Below are positions 34,037 through 38,375 of a DNA stretch of 38,375 nt, piece by piece. Location of the stretch: IMG/VR virus record IMGVR_UViG_2541047847_000005; one strand, given 5' to 3'. Source of the DNA: a virus (lineage: Duplodnaviria > Heunggongvirae > Uroviricota > Caudoviricetes). The number at the start of each line of letters is the position of its first letter. The first letter of the stretch is position 1. Below the pieces are notes generated by a model that worked only from the letters and a program-made list of their open reading frames with translations, made no database searches and was not told the DNA's origin. Both the position numbers and the translations under genes were made by a program.

Positions 34037-35130
34037 CAGAACCCGATTTTATTGAACGCGATGCCGACAAAATCACGGCAGAAATGATTGCGAAGTATGA
34101 AGCGGATACCGGCAAAACGCTGTACCCGGCACAGGCAGAACGTCTGCTGATTGATCTGTGGGCCTATCGCGAAATGCTGGTCAGGGTTGCGGTACAGGAG
34201 GCAGCAAAGCAGAATCTGGTCGCCTTTGCCCGTGAGCCGATGATTGATTACCTCGGTGAACTGGTTGGTGTATACCGTCTTGCCGCGCAGCCTGCCACCA
34301 CCACGCTCCAGTTCTCCGTAGATGAGGCACTGGCCATTGATGTGCTGATCCCGGCAGGCACCCGCGTCAGCGCTTCCGACAGCGTTATTTTTGCCACCGA
34401 TACAGATGTGGTACTGAAGGCCGGATTGCTGCTGGTCAATGTCACGTCCACCTGTACCGAACCCGGTACCGCTGGTAACGGCTGGCAACCTGCGCAGGTC
34501 AGTCAGTTACTCGATGAGATTGATAACGTCGACCTGCTGGTGAGCAATCTGACGGCCAGTTCCGGCGGTTCAGAACAGGAAGACGATGACAGGCTCCGGG
34601 AGCGTATCAGGCTGGCCCCGGAGTCATTCACCAATGCCGGAAGCCGTGGCGCATACCGCTTTCATGCCATGCAGGCCCATCCCAACATTGTCGATGTTGC
34701 TGTGCTTTCCCCGGTTCCCGGGACCGTAGATCTGTATCCGCTGCTCAGTACCGGTCTGCCGGACGGCGGTGTTCTCACGCTGGTAGAGAGTTTCTGCTCT
34801 GATGAGAAAGTCAGGCCACTCACTGATACAGTGCGGGCTAAAACACCAGTGAAGGTGGATTACACCATTGAAGCCAGGATTACGATCTATCGTGATCAGG
34901 ATGCCAGGTCTGTAAAAGATGCCGCTAACAGCGCCATACAGAACTGGGTGGCATCACGTGCCGCCACGCTGGGGCGCGATATTGTCCCCAGCCAGATTAT
35001 CAGTGCATTGTCCGTTTCCGGGGTGTACCAGGTTGAACTGGTGACACCGGCACTGCGGGTGGTGGCAGAAAACGAATGGGCAAACTGTACGGCAATCACT
35101 CTTAACATGACTGGAGTGTCTGATGACTGA
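34027..35130 (+). CDS. baseplate protein J
   Basis: 367 aa; module order W-J-I. Confidence 0.8.
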   Translation: MALTEPDFIERDADKITAEMIAKYEADTGKTLYPAQAERLLIDLWAYREMLVRVAVQEAAKQNLVAFAREPMIDYLGELVGVYRLAAQPATTTLQFSVDEALAIDVLIPAGTRVSASDSVIFATDTDVVLKAGLLLVNVTSTCTEPGTAGNGWQPAQVSQLLDEIDNVDLLVSNLTASSGGSEQEDDDRLRERIRLAPESFTNAGSRGAYRFHAMQAHPNIVDVAVLSPVPGTVDLYPLLSTGLPDGGVLTLVESFCSDEKVRPLTDTVRAKTPVKVDYTIEARITIYRDQDARSVKDAANSAIQNWVASRAATLGRDIVPSQIISALSVSGVYQVELVTPALRVVAENEWANCTAITLNMTGVSDD

Positions 35131-35701
35131 GCCATTACAACTCCCGCCACCGCTTGAGGGTGATATCAGTCTCAGGACGCTGGGAAGACTGGCAGGACGG
35201 CTGGATAACATCGACCTGAGCGTACTGATGGTCTTTCTCGTCGATATCGTCGACAGTTCCGCGCTGCCATGGCTGGGCGAGCAGTTCTCACTGTCTGGCG
35301 ATGGCTGGGAGCTGGCGGAATCGGACGATGTTCGCCGCATGCTTATAAAAGCAGCCATCGAACTGCACCGGTATAAAGGGACGCCGTGGTCAATCCGGGA
35401 AGTTATCCGCCGTTTTGGCTTTGGTGAAGTGGATCTGATTGAAGGCACAGGTCGTCTCAGTTACGACGGCAATCGCAGCTATAACGGACTGTTTGTTCAT
35501 GGAGATGCAGCCGCCTGGGCAGTTTATCGCGTTATTCTGAAACAGCCCATTACTAACGATCAGGCCGCGATGCTGCGTCAGACGCTGGCTGCATTTGCAC
35601 CGGCCCGCTGCCATCTGGCCAGCCTGGAGTATCAGTCTGTGGCCATTCGCTATAACAATACTGCCATCCATGATGGCAGTTATAACCACGGGAGCAGTTG
35701 A
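35123..35701 (+). CDS. tail protein I (P2 gpI-like)
   Basis: 192 aa overlapping J and the fibre gene. Confidence 0.7.
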   Translation: MTEPLQLPPPLEGDISLRTLGRLAGRLDNIDLSVLMVFLVDIVDSSALPWLGEQFSLSGDGWELAESDDVRRMLIKAAIELHRYKGTPWSIREVIRRFGFGEVDLIEGTGRLSYDGNRSYNGLFVHGDAAAWAVYRVILKQPITNDQAAMLRQTLAAFAPARCHLASLEYQSVAIRYNNTAIHDGSYNHGSS

Positions 35702-35703
35702 TT

Positions 35704-37299
35704 ATGGGAAACCTGAATGAAACAGAAAAGTGGGAAGAAAATATCTATCAACTGGAGACATCAGATCCGGTTCTGGGTGGTGCAGACGGGATATCAAATC
35801 GAGCCCCCCGGCAACTGGCAAACAGGACGAAATGGCTGAAGAAGAAAACGGAGGAAGCCGCACAGTCACTGGCTGAACACGTACGTTCCCGTAACCACCC
35901 GGACGCGACACTGACAGCTAAGGGGTTCACCCAACTGAGCAGTGCCACCAACAGCACCTCTGAAACGCTGGCCGCCACACCAAAAGCGGTCAAGGCTGCA
36001 TACGACCTGGCAGCCGGCAAGGCGCCTGCCAGCCACACTCACCCGTGGAGTCAGATAACGGGAGTGCCTGCGGCTTCACTGACGGCAAAAGGCACCGTAC
36101 AACTGAGCAGCGCCACGGACAGTCAATCAGAAACTGAGGCTGCCACGCCGAAGGCTGTGAAAATCGCGTATGATCTGGCCCGGGGAAAATACACAGCCCA
36201 GGATGCAACAACGACCCGTAAAGGGATCGTACAACTGAGCAGTGCCATCAACAACACGTCTGAAACGCTGGCCGCTACACCGAAAGCTGTCAAGGCTGCA
36301 TATGACCTGGCTAACGGGAAGTACACAGCCCAGGATGCAACCACGACACAAAAAGGGATAGTTCAGCTCAGTAGCGACACCAACAGCACTTCTGAAACAT
36401 TAGCTGCAACTCCAAAAGCGGTTAAAGCTGCATACGATCTAGCAGCCGGAAAGGCACCATCCAGTCATACACATCCCTGGAATCAGATCACTGGTGTGCC
36501 AACAGCTTCATTGACAGCGAAAGGCATCACTCAGCTCAGTAGTGCCACTAACAGCACGTCTGAAGTGCTGGCCGCTACACCGAAAGCTGTCAAGGCTGCA
36601 TACGATCTGGCAAACGGAAAACAACCGGCAGATGCCACGCTCACTGCTCTGGCAGGACTTGCCACTGCAGCAGATCGGGTGCCTTATTTTACCGGAGCAG
36701 ACCGCGCAGCGCTGGCAACCCTTACAGCTATTGGTCGCGCTATTATCGCTAAGGGCAGTATAAAAGATGTCCTCAATTACCTTGGTTTAGGAGAAGGCTC
36801 GGCGCTACCCGTTGGTGTGCCTGTTCCATGGCCCACCGCCACGCCGCCAGCAGGCTGGTTGAAGTGCGACGGGCGCGCCTTTACAAAAGAACAATATCCT
36901 GTTCTGGCCAGAGCCTACCCGACCCTCCGTCTTCCCGATTTACGCGGTGAGTTTATCCGTGGATGGGACGACGGGCGCAAAGTTGATACAGGACGTAAGT
37001 TGCTGTCCGCACAAGGGGCAACGCTGTTAAGAACAGCAATGCTGGATTATTATAACCAGGACACTACGGGAACCTCGGGGATAGTCGGCATGGGATTCAA
37101 CAATGAAGATTCCATTACAGACCTTCGTGAGGGCAGCTTTAAAATGCCGGACGGGACAACATTCAGCGATCCTGTCGTGGCAATGTCAGACAATGGTATG
37201 CAGGCTACTATTCTGACCTCTATCAGAAGCGGGTATGCGAAGGGTATCACTGTCAGACCCCGTAGCATTGCACTTAATTACATTGTGAGGGCAGTTTAA
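35704..37299 (+). CDS. tail fibre protein with 5 tandem fibre repeats and collar-like C-terminal domain
   Basis: ORF 35698..37299 (TTG at 35698, ATG at 35704 with GGGAG upstream); repeats of the form KG.TQLSSATNSTSETLAATPKAVKAAYDLA.GK; C-terminal PDLRGEFIRGWDDGR motif. Confidence 0.85.
   Translation: MGNLNETEKWEENIYQLETSDPVLGGADGISNRAPRQLANRTKWLKKKTEEAAQSLAEHVRSRNHPDATLTAKGFTQLSSATNSTSETLAATPKAVKAAYDLAAGKAPASHTHPWSQITGVPAASLTAKGTVQLSSATDSQSETEAATPKAVKIAYDLARGKYTAQDATTTRKGIVQLSSAINNTSETLAATPKAVKAAYDLANGKYTAQDATTTQKGIVQLSSDTNSTSETLAATPKAVKAAYDLAAGKAPSSHTHPWNQITGVPTASLTAKGITQLSSATNSTSEVLAATPKAVKAAYDLANGKQPADATLTALAGLATAADRVPYFTGADRAALATLTAIGRAIIAKGSIKDVLNYLGLGEGSALPVGVPVPWPTATPPAGWLKCDGRAFTKEQYPVLARAYPTLRLPDLRGEFIRGWDDGRKVDTGRKLLSAQGATLLRTAMLDYYNQDTTGTSGIVGMGFNNEDSITDLREGSFKMPDGTTFSDPVVAMSDNGMQATILTSIRSGYAKGITVRPRSIALNYIVRAV
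35908..36620 (+). repeat. 5 tandem imperfect repeats (about 35-45 codons each) inside the tail fibre gene
   Basis: recurring TPKAVKAAYDLA and QLSSATNSTSE peptide motifs; approximate boundaries. Confidence 0.6.
36889..36980 (+). repeat. left copy of 92-bp near-perfect inverted repeat inside fibre gene
   Basis: reverse complement of 38200..38291 with 1 mismatch; flanked by lower-identity homology from about 36811. Confidence 0.8.
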
Positions 37300-37913
37300 T
37301 GAGTAACACTGCAGTTCTGGATGAAAACGGTATCGCCACTGTAGCGGGCGATATCACTGTATATCACTATGACGAGGAAACCCGGGAATACACCTCATCC
37401 TCTGTGGAGTATCTCGCCCTTGGGGTGGGTACTCCGGCACATTCGTGCGCCGATGCACCGCCGGAGGCAATTTCGGGTTACGTGGTTTGCCGGACTGCCA
37501 CGCTGAACGGGTGGGAGCATGTGCCTGATCACCGCGGCGAGACGGTATACAGCACGGAGAACGGTAACCCCGTTCTGATTACCCAACCGGGTGATTACCC
37601 GGCGGACACCACCACAAAACAGCCAGCCACGCCATGGGATACCTGGAACGGTGAGGCGTGGGTAACCGATACTGAACGGCAGCGAACCGCAGAGCTGGAG
37701 ACTGCCAGACTGCAACGCCAGAAACGGGTGGATCAGGCGATGAAGTCCATCGACCTCATCAACCTCAAACTGCGGGCAGGTCGCAGTCTGAAACCAGAAG
37801 AAACGGCAAAACTGAACGCCGTGCTGGATTATATCGACGAGCTGAACGCACTGGATATCAGCACGGCACCTGAAATCAGCTGGCCGGAAGCGCCACTGGC
37901 ACTTGCCAGTTGA
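37299..37913 (+). CDS. tail fibre assembly protein (Tfa)
   Basis: 204 aa; TAATG overlap with fibre gene; C-terminal APEISWPEAP motif typical of Tfa chaperones. Confidence 0.75.
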   Translation: MSNTAVLDENGIATVAGDITVYHYDEETREYTSSSVEYLALGVGTPAHSCADAPPEAISGYVVCRTATLNGWEHVPDHRGETVYSTENGNPVLITQPGDYPADTTTKQPATPWDTWNGEAWVTDTERQRTAELETARLQRQKRVDQAMKSIDLINLKLRAGRSLKPEETAKLNAVLDYIDELNALDISTAPEISWPEAPLALAS

Positions 37914-37919
37914 ACGGTA

Positions 37920-38375
37920 TCACGCCGCCCTCACGATATAGTTAAACGCGATATTGCGGGGGCGGGTTATGTTAAAGAATGCTCCGTTTAATTCGGCTTT
38001 TGCGCGACTGTTTGTTCCACCCAGCATTGCGTACCACAAATAATCGCTACGGTAATTCCCCGCAAACACCTTATCGCCGCCATAGTCAATATTATTTCCG
38101 TTACTCATGTACGAGATATCAAGCGCAGAATCGTTATCGTCATGACCGCCGACCAGTGTACCTTTCTGCCATGAAAGCAACTTACGCCCCTCGTCAATCT
38201 TGCGCCCGTCGTCCCATCCACGGATAAACTCACCGCGTAAATCGGGAAGACGGAGGGTCGGGTAGACTCTGGCCAGAACAGGATATTGTTCTTTGGTGAA
38301 CGTAGCTCCGTTGCACTGTAACCAGCCTGCTGGCGGTGTGGCGGTGGGCCATGGAACCGGTACACCAACAGGCAA
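37920..38375 (-). CDS. alternative tail fibre C-terminal module on opposite strand (5-prime end beyond window)
   Basis: translation shares about 70 aa (PVGVPVPWPTATPPAGWL...PDLRGEFIRGWDDGRK) with the plus-strand fibre and ends with the same NYIVRA tail; ORF is open to the window edge. Confidence 0.6.
   Translation of the reverse strand: MPVGVPVPWPTATPPAGWLQCNGATFTKEQYPVLARVYPTLRLPDLRGEFIRGWDDGRKIDEGRKLLSWQKGTLVGGHDDNDSALDISYMSNGNNIDYGGDKVFAGNYRSDYLWYAMLGGTNSRAKAELNGAFFNITRPRNIAFNYIVRAA
38200..38291 (-). repeat. right copy of 92-bp near-perfect inverted repeat
   Basis: reverse complement of 36889..36980. Confidence 0.8.

Larger units (their letters stand above)
1421..38375. mobile_element. 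Mu-like transposable prophage, left terminus in window, right end beyond window
   Basis: Ner-like, DDE transposase, AAA+ B-like ATPase, Gam, GemA and Mor homologs plus complete head, tail and lysis modules; insertion inside a host ORF; element begins 5-prime TG. Confidence 0.8.

Noticed and set aside
35748-36351. Several 70-100-aa minus-strand ORFs with repeated peptide blocks
   Set aside because: Antisense reading of the tail-fibre tandem repeats; the repeats propagate open frames on the opposite strand.
37920-38375. Calling a DNA invertase (gin/pin-like) gene for the fibre switch
   Set aside because: No ORF with a serine-recombinase motif is present in the window; if it exists it lies beyond the right edge.
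1-38375. tRNA, rRNA or attachment-site tRNA fragment
   Set aside because: No cloverleaf-like or rRNA-like segment noticed by eye; the insertion point is inside a protein-coding gene, consistent with transposition rather than tRNA-targeted integration. A tRNA scan was not run.

Overview
The window holds about 1.4 kb of enterobacterial chromosome followed by about 37 kb of a transposable, Mu-like prophage that runs off the right edge. Host part: an intact periplasmic amino-acid ABC-transporter binding-protein gene (YhdW/AapJ-like, 1..1026) and the 5-prime third of the adjacent permease gene (YhdX/AapQ-like), whose frame hits a stop at 1421 exactly where the prophage starts (5-prime TG, two TGAGATAAAT direct repeats). 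Prophage, left to right: (i) a leftward-transcribed early operon (Ner-like, DDE transposase, AAA+ B-like ATPase, Gam, MazG-like, GemA, Mor) ending in a strong intrinsic terminator, then a separate membrane-protein gene at the very end; (ii) a divergent XRE-type repressor; (iii) a lower-GC accessory island (orphan Dam-class methyltransferase, P-loop protein, two small face-to-face genes); (iv) a lysis cassette; (v) a Mu-type head module and a P2/Mu-type contractile tail module, with a 3 x 261-bp tandem triplication inside the tape-measure gene; (vi) a tail fibre gene, one Tfa gene, and a convergent alternative fibre C-terminus on the opposite strand sharing a 92-bp near-identical inverted repeat with the main fibre gene - a candidate invertible host-range switch. 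No rRNA, tRNA or CRISPR array was seen. All functional calls come from reading motifs in the supplied translations; no database search was run. The best candidates for something undescribed are the accessory island (11241..13780), the terminal membrane-protein gene (1782..2414) and the atypical fibre switch (36808..38375).
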